In this document: piece after piece, positions 46,564 through 57,467 of the stretch
Numbering within the stretch: position 1 is the stretch's first letter
Layout of the letters: every line of letters starts with the position of its first letter
Source: an uncultured Mycoplasmatota bacterium
GTDB lineage: Bacteria > Bacillota_I > Bacilli_A > RF39 > UBA660
Direction of reading: 5' to 3'
Length of the DNA stretch: 64,000 nucleotides
Assembly: GCA_946497955.1 (NCBI GenBank)
Contig: CAMMMH010000003.1
Location: 10,316-74,315, forward strand
Translations under genes and position numbers: made by a program
The notes under the pieces: generated by a model
Databases searched by the model: none
Seen by the model: only the letters and a program-made list of their open reading frames with translations
Told to the model about the DNA's origin: nothing

Positions 46564-47748
46564 GTGAAAAAAGTTGGAATAGTATCTTGCTATTTTAAAG
46601 ACAATTATGGAAGTATGTTACAAGCTTATGCAACAAAGAAAATACTAGATAACAATAATATTCCTAATGAAACCATTACTATTGGAGGCAATAAAGATTT
46701 TAAAAAGGGAAAACTAAAATATTATATAACACAAATTTTTAATTTTAGTTTTATTAAAACAAAGTTTGGAATGATAAAATTTAAGTTTGACAAAATCTTT
46801 AATAAAGAATTAAAAAAGAATGTAACAATTAGAGCAAATAAATATAAGGAGTTTAGAAAAGAATTCAATATGTCAGTTCCAACATCTACATATAAAGATT
46901 TAACAAATCTTGCAAAAGAGAAATATAGTGATGTGGTAGTTGGAAGTGATCAATTATGGTTACCGGTTAATGTAGTAGCTGATTACTATACATTAAACTG
47001 GGTGCCAGATAATATTAATAAGATTTCATATGCAACAAGCTTTGGAGTTTCAACAGTTCCTAAAAAGTATACAGAGTTATATAAAAAATTCTTAAACAGA
47101 ATAAATCATCTATCTGTAAGAGAAGATACAGGAGTAAAACTAGTAAAAGAATTATCAGGTAAAAAAGCAACACTAGTATGTGATCCTACACTTTTATTAA
47201 CGAAAAAAGAGTGGGAAGAAATTGCAACTCCAAAAAGAATTATTAAAGAAAAATATATTTTATGTTATTTTTTAGGAAAAAACATTGAACATAGAAAGTT
47301 TGCAGAAAGATTAAAGAAAGAAACAGGATATAAGATTGTTTCCTTAAATCATGCAGATGAATATGTAAAATATTCTGATATATATGCTGATATTATTCCA
47401 TATGATATCGGGCCTAAAGAATGGATAAATTTAATTAAAAATGCAGAATATGTATGTACAGATTCTTTTCATGGAACAGTATTTTCACTATTATTTAACA
47501 AAATGTTTTTTGATTTTAGAAGACATAGTACTAAAAACAAAAATTCAACTAATTCAAGAATCGATTCACTTCTAAAAATAGCAGGTGTAAGTAATGAAAG
47601 AATACTAACCGGAAAAGAAGATATAAAAAAGGTAAAAAAATATAAAATTGATTTTAAAAAAGTTAATAAGAATTTAGATGACTTTAGAAACTATTCAAAA
47701 TCATGGCTATTAACTTCATTATTAAAGGGTGATGACAATGAAAAATAA
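46564..47748 (+). CDS. Polysaccharide pyruvyl transferase family protein
   Basis: KVGIVSCYFKDNYGSMLQAYA N-terminus and VVGSDQLW motif typical of PF04230-type enzymes. GTG start after AAAGGTGA. Confidence 0.7.
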   Translation: MKKVGIVSCYFKDNYGSMLQAYATKKILDNNNIPNETITIGGNKDFKKGKLKYYITQIFNFSFIKTKFGMIKFKFDKIFNKELKKNVTIRANKYKEFRKEFNMSVPTSTYKDLTNLAKEKYSDVVVGSDQLWLPVNVVADYYTLNWVPDNINKISYATSFGVSTVPKKYTELYKKFLNRINHLSVREDTGVKLVKELSGKKATLVCDPTLLLTKKEWEEIATPKRIIKEKYILCYFLGKNIEHRKFAERLKKETGYKIVSLNHADEYVKYSDIYADIIPYDIGPKEWINLIKNAEYVCTDSFHGTVFSLLFNKMFFDFRRHSTKNKNSTNSRIDSLLKIAGVSNERILTGKEDIKKVKKYKIDFKKVNKNLDDFRNYSKSWLLTSLLKGDDNEK

Positions 47749-48862
47749 GGTAAAGGTGCTTCTATTTGTTGATAGAATGAGACATGGTGGCATCCAACAG
47801 TTTTTAGTTGAAAATGTAAAACATATGGATAAATCAAAAGTAGAAATTGATGTTTTAACGTTAGACGATGGCGAAACTTATCCTCTAGAACAAGCAATTC
47901 AAGAAGCAGGTGCGAATTATTATAAATTAAAAGGAATATGGATTAATAAGCCGACAGATTATTTTAAATATGGAAAAGCATTAGACGACTTTTTTTCTAA
48001 ACATAGCGACTATAAAGTAGTTCATATGAATGCATCAAGCAAAAATTTTATACTATTAAAATATGCAAAAAAATACAACATTCCAGTAAGAATTGCCCAT
48101 TCACATAATATTGATTTTCAAACCAAAAACTCAATTAAAAAGCTAATAGGAAATCTATTAAAAATACCTATGAAAAAATATGCAACAGATTACTTTGCTT
48201 GTTCATATTTAGCAGGTGAATGGTTATTCGGAAAAAAGAATGTAGCAAAAGGTAAAGTTAAAGTAATTCATAATGCAGTTGATTATAAAAACTTTAAATA
48301 TGATGAAAAAATAAGAAAAGAAATGCGTAAAGAATTCAATATTAATGAAAAAGAAATTTTATTTGGACATGTAGGAAGATTTACAAATCAAAAGAATCAC
48401 ACTTTTTTGATTGATATTTTTAATGAAATACATAAACAAAATAAAAATACAAAACTAATTATGGTAGGTATTGGAGAAAAAGAACCAGAAATAAAAGATA
48501 AAGTAAAAAGCTTAGGGTTAGAAGATTGTACTGTTTTTGCTGGATTTAGAAAAGATGTTAATAAGATAATGCAAGCAATGGATGTATTTTTATTACCAAG
48601 TCTATATGAAGGATTGCCAGTAGTTGGAGTAGAAGCTCAAGCGGCTGGACTACCATCTTTTACATCTGAAGGTGTAGTAACAAAGGAAGTACAAATTACA
48701 GATGCAATGAATTTTATTTCGTTAGATAAAAGTGCAAATGAGTGGGCAAGCATTATATTAAATAGTGATTTGTCGAGAAAAGATGCAAAAAAAGAGATAA
48801 AATCTGCAGGATACTTTATTGAAGATTCAGCAAATGAATTAGTGAATTTTTACTTAAAATAA
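47738..48862 (+). CDS. Glycosyltransferase family 1 (GT4-type), paralog B
   Basis: PSLYEGLPVVGVEAQAAGLP. Extensive similarity to paralog A at both protein and DNA level. Confidence 0.85.
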   Translation: MKNKVKVLLFVDRMRHGGIQQFLVENVKHMDKSKVEIDVLTLDDGETYPLEQAIQEAGANYYKLKGIWINKPTDYFKYGKALDDFFSKHSDYKVVHMNASSKNFILLKYAKKYNIPVRIAHSHNIDFQTKNSIKKLIGNLLKIPMKKYATDYFACSYLAGEWLFGKKNVAKGKVKVIHNAVDYKNFKYDEKIRKEMRKEFNINEKEILFGHVGRFTNQKNHTFLIDIFNEIHKQNKNTKLIMVGIGEKEPEIKDKVKSLGLEDCTVFAGFRKDVNKIMQAMDVFLLPSLYEGLPVVGVEAQAAGLPSFTSEGVVTKEVQITDAMNFISLDKSANEWASIILNSDLSRKDAKKEIKSAGYFIEDSANELVNFYLK

Positions 48863-48871
48863 GGTGATAAA

Positions 48872-49945
48872 ATGTTGAAAAAAATAAATAATAATTTCTT
48901 TGATTTTATGATTGTTTTTGTTGGAATATCATTAAAATACTGTGATTTTCTATTTCATATTAGTAAAATATGTATCTATGTTTATTTTGCAATATTATTA
49001 GTATTAACATTTTTAAGTACAAAAAATTCCAAGTTACCCAAAAAGGAATTATTAAAATATGTAGTTCTAATTTTTAGTGTATTAATTTTAACATTTCAAT
49101 CTTCAGGCATTGATTTTGTTATTCCTTTGTTATACGCCATATATTTTAAAAATAGAGATATAAAATCAATTTTAAAATACATTTTGATAAGTTCTATAAT
49201 TATGTTCTCATTGACGATATTGTTAGCCAACCTTAATCTTGTATCAAGTGTAACAATGAATCGTCTCGAAAACGGAATAGTATTAACTAGAAATAGTTTG
49301 GGATTTATTCATGTTAATTCAGCATTTATGCACTTTTTTATAATTGCAGTATTATTATTTTTGTTTGTTAACAAAAAAAAGATACTAGTTATTTTTATTT
49401 TGTTTGTTGCATTTTACTTATATACACAAACATATTGCAGAACAGGTTTGTTTTGTACAATATTATTTGCCGCTTTTATCCTACTAATACCAAAGAAAAT
49501 CCAAAAGAAAATGGTAAAAAATGGTCAATTTTTCTTTTTAATTTTTACTATCTTAAGTTTTATTTTAGCTTTTATGTTTGGAAAAAATTCCGGAGTTCTT
49601 GATGAACTTGTATCAGAAAGATTTTCTAACTGGTATGGATGTATCACGAACTATAGTCTTGTTAATTTCTCTGGTGTTGATTCAATATTTTACTTAGACA
49701 ATATATATATAAATATGATATATAATTATGGTATAATCTCATATTTGTTATATTTTTTATTATATTTTATATCATTTAAAAAAATTGATAATTACAAAAT
49801 CAAGATAATTTTATTATTTTTCCTTATTTATGGCTTGTTTGAGAGTAACCATGTATTTTATATAAATTGTTCGTTATTTGTGTTAATTTATTATTTTATA
49901 AACTATAAAGAAAATTTTAGAGGTGTATTTGATGAAAAAAATTAA
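48872..49945 (+). CDS. Wzy-type polysaccharide polymerase / O-antigen-ligase-like membrane protein
   Basis: About 10 TM segments, no soluble domain, position inside the cps locus. Confidence 0.6.
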   Translation: MLKKINNNFFDFMIVFVGISLKYCDFLFHISKICIYVYFAILLVLTFLSTKNSKLPKKELLKYVVLIFSVLILTFQSSGIDFVIPLLYAIYFKNRDIKSILKYILISSIIMFSLTILLANLNLVSSVTMNRLENGIVLTRNSLGFIHVNSAFMHFFIIAVLLFLFVNKKKILVIFILFVAFYLYTQTYCRTGLFCTILFAAFILLIPKKIQKKMVKNGQFFFLIFTILSFILAFMFGKNSGVLDELVSERFSNWYGCITNYSLVNFSGVDSIFYLDNIYINMIYNYGIISYLLYFLLYFISFKKIDNYKIKIILLFFLIYGLFESNHVFYINCSLFVLIYYFINYKENFRGVFDEKN

Positions 49946-51044
49946 TATATTATTTGTTGGTTATGGAACAAATTTAGGTGGAATAGAAACATATATATAC
50001 AATATAGTGAAAAAAGCAAATAAAGAAAAATTTAACTTTTCATTTCTTATATTTAAAAATAACAAAAAAATTGTTTTTTATGATGAATTAATATCTATGG
50101 GATGCAAAATATTTGAAATAGAAAAAAGAACGAAGAATTATTTTCAGTATTTAAGTGATTTAAAAAAGGTATATAGCAAAAACGAGTTTGATATTATACA
50201 TTTTAATTTAATGGATATGAGTGCATTTGAACGTATTACTTATGCCAATAAATATTCGAATGCTAAAATAATAATCCAAAGTCATAATGGAAGTTTTAAA
50301 TTTAACAAAACAAAAGGCATTGTTTCTTGTGTATTAGATAAAATAGGTAAAGAAAAAATAAAAAAAATTAAATTTTATCGAGCAGCTTGTGGAAGACAGG
50401 CTGGAACTTATATGTTTGGAAATAAAAGCTTCGAAATATTTTATAATGGAATTGACTTTAATAAATTTAAATATTCTAAAACATTTAGGAAACAAATTAG
50501 AGAAGAATTTAATATAGAAGATAATAGAATAGTCATTGGATGTGTAGCAGCTTTATTGCCTGTCAAAAACCACAAATTTTTAATCGAAGTTGTAAAAGAA
50601 ATTTACAAAAAGTCACAAAATATAATCTTAATGCTTGTTGGAGAGGGAGCATTAATGAATAAATTAAAAGAAGAGACCAAAGAATATAATCTTCAAAATA
50701 ATGTACTATTTTTGGGAAAAAGAGAAGATACCTACAAAATATATTCTGCATTTGATATATATGTTATGCCATCAATTAGTGAAGGACTAAGTATTTCAAT
50801 GTGTGAAGCACAAATAAATGGTTTAAAATGCATTACAAGTGATAACGTTGACCGTCAAACAAATATTAGTGGAAATACATTCTTTTGGTCTCTGGATGAT
50901 ACACCAGAAAAATGGGCGGATAGAATTCTGAAGATGGATCTAAAAAGAGATGCCAAGGTACTTAATAATATTTCACCAAATTTTAATAGTGAATATAGCT
51001 ATAATAAAATATATGATTATTATGTCAATATCATACATAAATAG
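49932..51044 (+). CDS. Glycosyltransferase family 1 (GT4-type), paralog C
   Basis: PSISEGLSISMCEAQINGL region. Shares the FGNK...YNGIDFNKFKY block with paralogs A and B. Confidence 0.8.
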   Translation: MKKINILFVGYGTNLGGIETYIYNIVKKANKEKFNFSFLIFKNNKKIVFYDELISMGCKIFEIEKRTKNYFQYLSDLKKVYSKNEFDIIHFNLMDMSAFERITYANKYSNAKIIIQSHNGSFKFNKTKGIVSCVLDKIGKEKIKKIKFYRAACGRQAGTYMFGNKSFEIFYNGIDFNKFKYSKTFRKQIREEFNIEDNRIVIGCVAALLPVKNHKFLIEVVKEIYKKSQNIILMLVGEGALMNKLKEETKEYNLQNNVLFLGKREDTYKIYSAFDIYVMPSISEGLSISMCEAQINGLKCITSDNVDRQTNISGNTFFWSLDDTPEKWADRILKMDLKRDAKVLNNISPNFNSEYSYNKIYDYYVNIIHK

Positions 51045-51063
51045 AAAAAGAAAAGGAGTTAAT

Positions 51064-52041
51064 ATGAAAGAGTTAATAAGTATTATTGTCCCAGTTTATA
51101 ATGTAGAAAAGTACTTGGATAAATGTATCCAATCATTAATAAATCAAACTTATAAAAATATAGAAATCATATTAATTGATGATGGTTCAACGGACAGTAG
51201 CGGAAAAATATGTGATGAGTGGGCAAAAAAAGACAAGAGAATTGTTATTAAACATACCAAAAATAGTGGTGTAAGCATGGCGCGAAATATTGGGATAAAA
51301 CTTGCAAAAGGAATTTATATAGGATTTGTTGATGCTGATGATTATATTGCTAATGATATGTATGAGTTTTTATTTAAAAATATGAAAGAACATAATTCAG
51401 ATATTTCAATTTGTAGCAGTTACGATGTATATGAAGACGGAAAAATAATACATAACAAAATCGAAAATATAAATATAGAATTAGATAATATTGATGCACT
51501 AATTTATATATTTAAAGCAGGATATTATGGTACAGGAATATGGAATAAATTATTTAAAAAAGAGTTGCTACAAGACAATTCATTTAATATAGAATTAAGT
51601 AATGGAGAGGAGTTGTCTGTATTATTTAATGCAATAAAACAAGCAAAAAAAATATATTACTCTTCAGTTCCAAAGTATTATTATTATCAAAGAGTTGGAA
51701 GTGCAACACACAATAAAAAAATAAATTTAGGAATGGTCCAAAATTTTAAATCAATCATATCAGATAATTCAGATATTATTAATAATAATGAAAACTTAAA
51801 AAAAGCAATTTATAGTCATTATATATTGGCTTGCTTTCAAGTATATAATCGTTCTATAATTTACCGAAGCTCTGCAAAAGAATATAAAGCAGTTGGAAAT
51901 GAAATGGATAAATATGAAAGCGATATAGATTTCAAATATTATAAGAACAAAAAAGCATTTCAACTACTTTTATTTTATAAATTTAGAATAATATACAATC
52001 TTATGTTAAAAATATATTCTGTTTTTAGGAGGAAAAAATGA
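51064..52041 (+). CDS. Glycosyltransferase family 2, copy 1
   Basis: ISIIVPVYNVEKYLDKCIQSL...IILIDDGSTD...DADD. ATG 51064 follows AAAGGAG; the track start at 50950 is an artefactual extension overlapping the previous gene. Confidence 0.85.
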   Translation: MKELISIIVPVYNVEKYLDKCIQSLINQTYKNIEIILIDDGSTDSSGKICDEWAKKDKRIVIKHTKNSGVSMARNIGIKLAKGIYIGFVDADDYIANDMYEFLFKNMKEHNSDISICSSYDVYEDGKIIHNKIENINIELDNIDALIYIFKAGYYGTGIWNKLFKKELLQDNSFNIELSNGEELSVLFNAIKQAKKIYYSSVPKYYYYQRVGSATHNKKINLGMVQNFKSIISDNSDIINNNENLKKAIYSHYILACFQVYNRSIIYRSSAKEYKAVGNEMDKYESDIDFKYYKNKKAFQLLLFYKFRIIYNLMLKIYSVFRRKK

Positions 52042-52988
52042 GCAAATTAATAAGTATTATAGTACCAGTATATAACGTTGAAAAATATTTAGAAAAATGT
52101 ATTCAATCATTAGTAAATCAATCCTATAAGAATATAGAAATCATATTAATTGATGATGGTTCTACAGATGGTAGTGGGACAATATGTAATACTTTAGCAC
52201 ACAAAGATAGACGTATTATTGTTAAACATATAGATAACTCTGGAGTGAGCAACGCAAGAAACGTTGGACTAAATATATCAAAAGGAGATTATATTGGGTT
52301 TGTTGATCCTGATGATTTCATCGTATCGGAAATGTATGAAAAAATGATGGATAAAATTAAAGAGAATAATTATGATATAGTTTGTTGCAATAATTATTAT
52401 GGTACAACAGATAACTACAAAATAAATATACCATTAAAAAAAGATTTAAATATGAATGATTTAGAGTATCAAGAATTTTGTTTAAAATATGGTGGCCAAG
52501 TATGGAATAGACTATATAAAAGAAGTTTGATAAAAAAAATAAGGTTTAGTTCAGAAATATTTGTTTTAGAAGACCTTTTGTTTAATTTGGAAATTAGCAA
52601 CCAGCAATTACAAGCCTATTATATAAATGAACCATATTATTATTATTATATAAATATGAATGGAGCACTAAGAAGAAAAACAAGTAAAAATATTATAAGT
52701 TCGTTTTATGCCCAAGAAGAGATAATTAAAATCGTAGAAAAAAATAAACTATCTTGTTTAAATACATTAAAATTAAATTATATATTTTTTGTAAAGTTTA
52801 ATCAAAAATATATATCAGATAATCAAAATTTATCTCAGCGATTTGATTCTATTGCAAAAGAATATATAAAAGATAAAGTTTTTATAAAAAAGGCACCAAT
52901 ATTTTTAAAATTAAAAACATTTTTTATTTATTATAATCCTAAGCTATATTTTTTTATAAAGAAGGTAATAAATCATGCGTACAAGTAA
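52038..52988 (+). CDS. Glycosyltransferase family 2, copy 2 (tandem paralog)
   Basis: ISIIVPVYNVEKYLEKCIQSL...IILIDDGSTD...DPDD. Confidence 0.85.
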   Translation: MSKLISIIVPVYNVEKYLEKCIQSLVNQSYKNIEIILIDDGSTDGSGTICNTLAHKDRRIIVKHIDNSGVSNARNVGLNISKGDYIGFVDPDDFIVSEMYEKMMDKIKENNYDIVCCNNYYGTTDNYKINIPLKKDLNMNDLEYQEFCLKYGGQVWNRLYKRSLIKKIRFSSEIFVLEDLLFNLEISNQQLQAYYINEPYYYYYINMNGALRRKTSKNIISSFYAQEEIIKIVEKNKLSCLNTLKLNYIFFVKFNQKYISDNQNLSQRFDSIAKEYIKDKVFIKKAPIFLKLKTFFIYYNPKLYFFIKKVINHAYK

Positions 52989-54519
52989 TTCAATAAAAAA
53001 TTCTTTTACATCGTTCATTCTAAGCATAATAACAATGTTATTAGGATTTGTTGCTCAAGCAATATTCATCAGAATTTTAGGTGCGGAGTATTCAGGCTTA
53101 AATGGTTTATTTACAAATGTTTTAACAATGTTAAGTTTCTTTGAATTGGGCATAGGAAATGCAATAGTATTCCACTTATATAAGCCTATTGCCATTAATG
53201 ACGAAGAAGAGATAAAAACATTGATGAAGTTTTATGAAAAGGCATATAACATTATATCTGTATTAGTATTAGCGTGTGGTCTTGCAATAATTCCTTTTTT
53301 AAATATAATAGTTGGTGAAATTTCTATAGATATAAACATTTATGTTATATACATAATGTTTTTGCTAAACACATCAATTTCATATACATTGAGTTATAGA
53401 AGAAATTTAATAATTGCTAACCAAAAAAATTATATTATTAATATAATACATATCATTTATATTATTATTTTAAATTTAAGCCAATTACTAGTTTTATATT
53501 TAACAAAAAATTATTATTTATATCTTGGAATAAAAATTATATGTCAAATTTTAGAAAATTTTGTATGTTATATAATTGCAGGAAAATTGTATCCTTTTAT
53601 TACAAGTAAAAATGTAAAGCCTTTGGATAAAAATTTAAAAGATGACATATTTAAAAAGGTAAAAGCATTACTTTTCCATAAAGTTGGATATTCTGTTGTA
53701 AGTGGAACGGACAACATTATTATTTCTAGTTTCCTGGGTGTTGTGACAGTAGGCTTCTATACAAATTATAATATGGTTATTACAGCAGTAAATAATTTAT
53801 TTAGTCAAATTATAGGTTCTACTTCAGCAAGTGTAGGAAATTTACTTGCTACTCAAAGTAACTATAATAAAAAATATAATGTATTTAAAAAAATTAGATT
53901 TATAAACTTTTGGTTGGCATCTTTTTCAGGAATTTGCATTTTAGTTATGATGGATTCTTTCATTCATTTATGGGTAGGAGAGAAATATATTTTACCATTA
54001 ATTGTACTAGTAACACTTGTAGTAAATTATTACCAAAAATTGATGAGAAATTGTTATGGGACCTTTAAAGATTCAGCTGGTATTTGGTATGAAGATAGAT
54101 TTGTACCATTAGTAGAAGCAATATTAAATATTGTTTTCTCAATTATCTTATTAAAAATTTTTGGATTGGCAGGAGTGTTTATGGGTACCATTATAAGTGG
54201 TTTATCATTATGGTGTTATAGCTATCCAAAATACGTATACAAGAAGTTATTTAACAGGATGTATAAAGATTATGCAAAAGAAACAATTGGATATTTAGTA
54301 TTATTTGTTTTAATCGCAATATTTACGTTCTTTATATCAAGATTAATAGTATTTGATAATATTTGGTTGCAATTTTTAAGTAATACTATAATTAGTTTAA
54401 TAGTTCCTAATTTAATATTACTTATTATCTTTAGAAAAACTGATAATTTTCAATATCTATTACAGATAGTCAAAAAAACATTTGGAAAAATAAAAAAAAG
54501 AATAGGGACTACATCATGA
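52975..54519 (+). CDS. Wzx-type polysaccharide flippase (MOP superfamily)
   Basis: About 14 TM segments, 514 aa, position in the cps locus. Confidence 0.75.
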   Translation: MRTSNSIKNSFTSFILSIITMLLGFVAQAIFIRILGAEYSGLNGLFTNVLTMLSFFELGIGNAIVFHLYKPIAINDEEEIKTLMKFYEKAYNIISVLVLACGLAIIPFLNIIVGEISIDINIYVIYIMFLLNTSISYTLSYRRNLIIANQKNYIINIIHIIYIIILNLSQLLVLYLTKNYYLYLGIKIICQILENFVCYIIAGKLYPFITSKNVKPLDKNLKDDIFKKVKALLFHKVGYSVVSGTDNIIISSFLGVVTVGFYTNYNMVITAVNNLFSQIIGSTSASVGNLLATQSNYNKKYNVFKKIRFINFWLASFSGICILVMMDSFIHLWVGEKYILPLIVLVTLVVNYYQKLMRNCYGTFKDSAGIWYEDRFVPLVEAILNIVFSIILLKIFGLAGVFMGTIISGLSLWCYSYPKYVYKKLFNRMYKDYAKETIGYLVLFVLIAIFTFFISRLIVFDNIWLQFLSNTIISLIVPNLILLIIFRKTDNFQYLLQIVKKTFGKIKKRIGTTS

Positions 54520-55013
54520 AAAAAAGATTATTAATAATAGCTATTATTTTTTGGATGATTATAATATTCTTATTCTCTAATATGAATAGTACTTCTTCTA
54601 ATGGTAGTAGTACTAAAATAATAAATGATACAATAGAACAAACTATAGAAATCACTGAATCTACTGGAATTATAGATGAAAAACCATCTGAAAAAGAGAT
54701 AAATAATCTAGTAGATGATTTAAATACACCTCTTAGAAAATGTGCCCATAGTACTGTTTATTTCATCTTAGCAATCCTATTAATACTTGCTATTAAAGAA
54801 ATAAATAAAGATAAAAGAAAAGTAGTAATATTTACATTTATTATATCTTTTATCTATGCTTGTACTGATGAAATACATCAATTATTTATATCTGGTAGAA
54901 CAGGACACTTTACAGATGTTCTAATAGATATGATAGGAGTAATACTTGCTTGTTTAATATACATTTTTATTACTTATAAGAAAAGAGAGATGAATTATGA
55001 AAAAAATAAGTAA
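54516..55013 (+). CDS. VanZ-family membrane protein
   Basis: KCAHSTVYFILAILL...TDEIHQLFISGRTGHFTDVLIDMIGV. Confidence 0.75.
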   Translation: MKKRLLIIAIIFWMIIIFLFSNMNSTSSNGSSTKIINDTIEQTIEITESTGIIDEKPSEKEINNLVDDLNTPLRKCAHSTVYFILAILLILAIKEINKDKRKVVIFTFIISFIYACTDEIHQLFISGRTGHFTDVLIDMIGVILACLIYIFITYKKREMNYEKNK

Positions 55014-56406
55014 ATTAAATATACTTAGTATTATAGATATCATTACCTTTATAGTAATGTTATATCTATTATTAAATATAAATATTTTGCCAACTAAATA
55101 TTTAATCTTAATAATAGTTATAATCTCTATAATAAATATATTAAGTATAATCTTTATTAACATCAAAAAGAAAGTCTTAAATATTATAGGAATTATCTTA
55201 ATAATTATTGCAATTATAATAAATATAATAGGTACTTACTATTTATATTATGCTAATAACTTCTTAGATAAATCTTTTAGCTATAATGAAAAAACTGTAA
55301 CTACATATTACATAGTTACTAATAAAAGTAATAACTATACTAAAAAAGATATTAAAGGAGATATCTATTACTATGATAATAATAGTATTGATAAAGCTTT
55401 AACTAAAATAAAAAAAGAATTTGATGTTAATCCTAAAACTTACGATGATGCTCCTAAAATGATAGGAGATATTGTTAATAATGAAATAGATTTTATATTA
55501 ATAGATAAAAATAGTTATAATATATTATTAACTTTAGATAATACTATTAATTCTAATAACTTTAAAATTATTTATGAACTAGATATTACTTCAACTAATG
55601 AAACTAGTGAAAAGACAAAAGATGCCTTTAATATCTATATAGGTGGTAAAGACTTTGCAGGTCTTATAGATTATAATGCTATAATTACAGTTAATACTAA
55701 AACCCATGAAATATTAATGACTAGTATTCCTCGTGATTATTATATGGAAATAGTAGGAACAAATGGTAAAAAAGATTCTCTTTCTCATATGTATGCATTT
55801 GGAGAGGATGCAAATGAACTATCTTTAGAAAAGTTCTTTGATATTAATATAGATTATAATATAAAAGTAACTACTGAAAGTCTTGTAGAATTAGTAGATA
55901 CTATAGGTGGAATTACTTATTGTTCTGATCAAGCTTATACTACTACTCATGCTCTTATATTAAATTCATATGATGATAGTGGTAAAGAAAAATTATATGT
56001 AAAAAAAGGATGTCAACATCTAAATGGTATAGAGACACTTACTGTTGCAAGAGAAAGAAATGCTTTTATAGGAAGAGATAGAGTAAGACAAAAGAACTGT
56101 CAAAAAATTATACTTGCTATCTTTAATAAATTAAAGAGTACTGATTCATTTACAAACTATAAAGAAATATTAGATTCTTTAAGTAATTTATATACAACAA
56201 CAATACCTAAAGATGTAGTTACTTCTATTGCTAAAGATACAATTGATGGAATAGAGTGGAAATTTACTACTCAATCAGTAGATGGTACAGATAGTAATAA
56301 TGTTTTTATTGCAATATTAAATGATTATGACTATGCAATGATACCTGATATGAATAGTGTAAATCAAGCGAAAACTAAGATAAATGAAGTATTAAATAAT
56401 AAGTAA
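54997..56406 (+). CDS. LCP (LytR-CpsA-Psr) family glycopolymer ligase
   Basis: N-terminal TM helices. TSIPRDYY, SLSHMYAFG and TLTVARERNAFIGRDRVRQKNCQ motifs. Confidence 0.85.
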   Translation: MKKISKLNILSIIDIITFIVMLYLLLNINILPTKYLILIIVIISIINILSIIFINIKKKVLNIIGIILIIIAIIINIIGTYYLYYANNFLDKSFSYNEKTVTTYYIVTNKSNNYTKKDIKGDIYYYDNNSIDKALTKIKKEFDVNPKTYDDAPKMIGDIVNNEIDFILIDKNSYNILLTLDNTINSNNFKIIYELDITSTNETSEKTKDAFNIYIGGKDFAGLIDYNAIITVNTKTHEILMTSIPRDYYMEIVGTNGKKDSLSHMYAFGEDANELSLEKFFDINIDYNIKVTTESLVELVDTIGGITYCSDQAYTTTHALILNSYDDSGKEKLYVKKGCQHLNGIETLTVARERNAFIGRDRVRQKNCQKIILAIFNKLKSTDSFTNYKEILDSLSNLYTTTIPKDVVTSIAKDTIDGIEWKFTTQSVDGTDSNNVFIAILNDYDYAMIPDMNSVNQAKTKINEVLNNK

Positions 56407-56467
56407 GTTAATATTTTTATAGAATGTCCTTATTTTTGTGTTATACTAAATAAAAAGGGGCAATGCT

Positions 56468-56575
56468 ATGTTTTATATAATATTAGGAATAATCTTAGCA
56501 GTAATAGTTTTATTTATTTACTGTGCTTTAAAACTAGCTAGTAAATGTGATGATGAAAATAAAGAAAATAAGTGA
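56468..56575 (+). CDS. Small (35 aa) hydrophobic peptide, hypothetical; below the ORF-track cut-off
   Basis: MFYIILGIILAVIVLFIYCALKLASKCDDENKENK, preceded by AAAAGGGG. Ends 9 nt before the next gene. Confidence 0.3.
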   Translation: MFYIILGIILAVIVLFIYCALKLASKCDDENKENK

Positions 56576-56584
56576 GGTATTAAT

Positions 56585-57175
56585 ATGATTAATAAAAACA
56601 ATTTAGAATGTATAAGGGATGACTTTAGTGATATTGATAAAGAATATAGAAATATAGAACAAGAAATATGGGGACTAGAAGAAAATCCAATAGTAAAAAA
56701 ATATATTGGATTACAAAAAAAGAAAACCGAACTTGAAATTAAAAGAAAAAATCTATATGGATTAATGAAATATGGTGGGTATGAAAACTGTAATCATTTA
56801 TGGGGTATTTCTATGGATGAATATGGAGAATATGACTATGTTTGTGTTAAATGTGGTTTGAATTATAAGTCATTGAGATTAACTAATAGAGGAAAAGAAG
56901 ATAGTCTTTCTTTTGATGAGAGAGTTATGGCATCTGTTTTAAAAGGACAGAGTTTTGTAAATGATGCTGATATAAATATAGTTTGTGATATAGAACTTGC
57001 TATGGCTCTTTATAAAAAGATTAGAGAATATCATCCAGATATTGATGATAAAACAGCTGTTAAATATTTAGAGATAGCATTAGAAGATATTAGAAATATA
57101 GAAGTAAGCGAGAAAAGAAAGAAAAATAGAGCGAAAAGATTAGGATTAAGTAAAGACTTTAATAGATGGAAATAA
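56585..57175 (+). CDS. Hypothetical protein (possible CxxH...CxxC metal site, basic C-terminal tail)
   Basis: RBS GTGAGG. CNHLWG...CVKCG. KRKKNRAKR tail. No family recognised. Confidence 0.55.
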   Translation: MINKNNLECIRDDFSDIDKEYRNIEQEIWGLEENPIVKKYIGLQKKKTELEIKRKNLYGLMKYGGYENCNHLWGISMDEYGEYDYVCVKCGLNYKSLRLTNRGKEDSLSFDERVMASVLKGQSFVNDADINIVCDIELAMALYKKIREYHPDIDDKTAVKYLEIALEDIRNIEVSEKRKKNRAKRLGLSKDFNRWK

Positions 57176-57207
57176 TATGTAATTATATGTTAAGGAAGTG
57201 ATTAAAA

Positions 57208-57467
57208 ATGGAATATAATGTTTACTGCGATGAAAGTTGTCATCTTAAAAGTAATGAAAGTAAATATATGTTAATTGGTGCTATTTATTGTCCTAAAAGA
57301 ATGAAATGTATATAATAGCATCTTGTTTAATAGATGGGTCACATTACTTAGATAAGATATTAAAAGAGTATGATAAATATAAAAAACTCCTAATAGATAG
57401 GAGATATTTAGATAACTGTAAACGGATAACGCAATTTAAAAAAACTACGTTTCCAGGACTCATATAA
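57208..57467 (+). pseudogene. Remnant of a DUF3800-like gene
   Basis: GGAAG RBS + ATG gives MEYNVYCDESCHLKSNESKYMLIGAIYCPKRMKCI*, an N-terminus of the 'YCDESCHL' type as I recall it for DUF3800 proteins. A second short fragment follows in another frame (IASCLIDGSHYLDK...). Confidence 0.35.
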
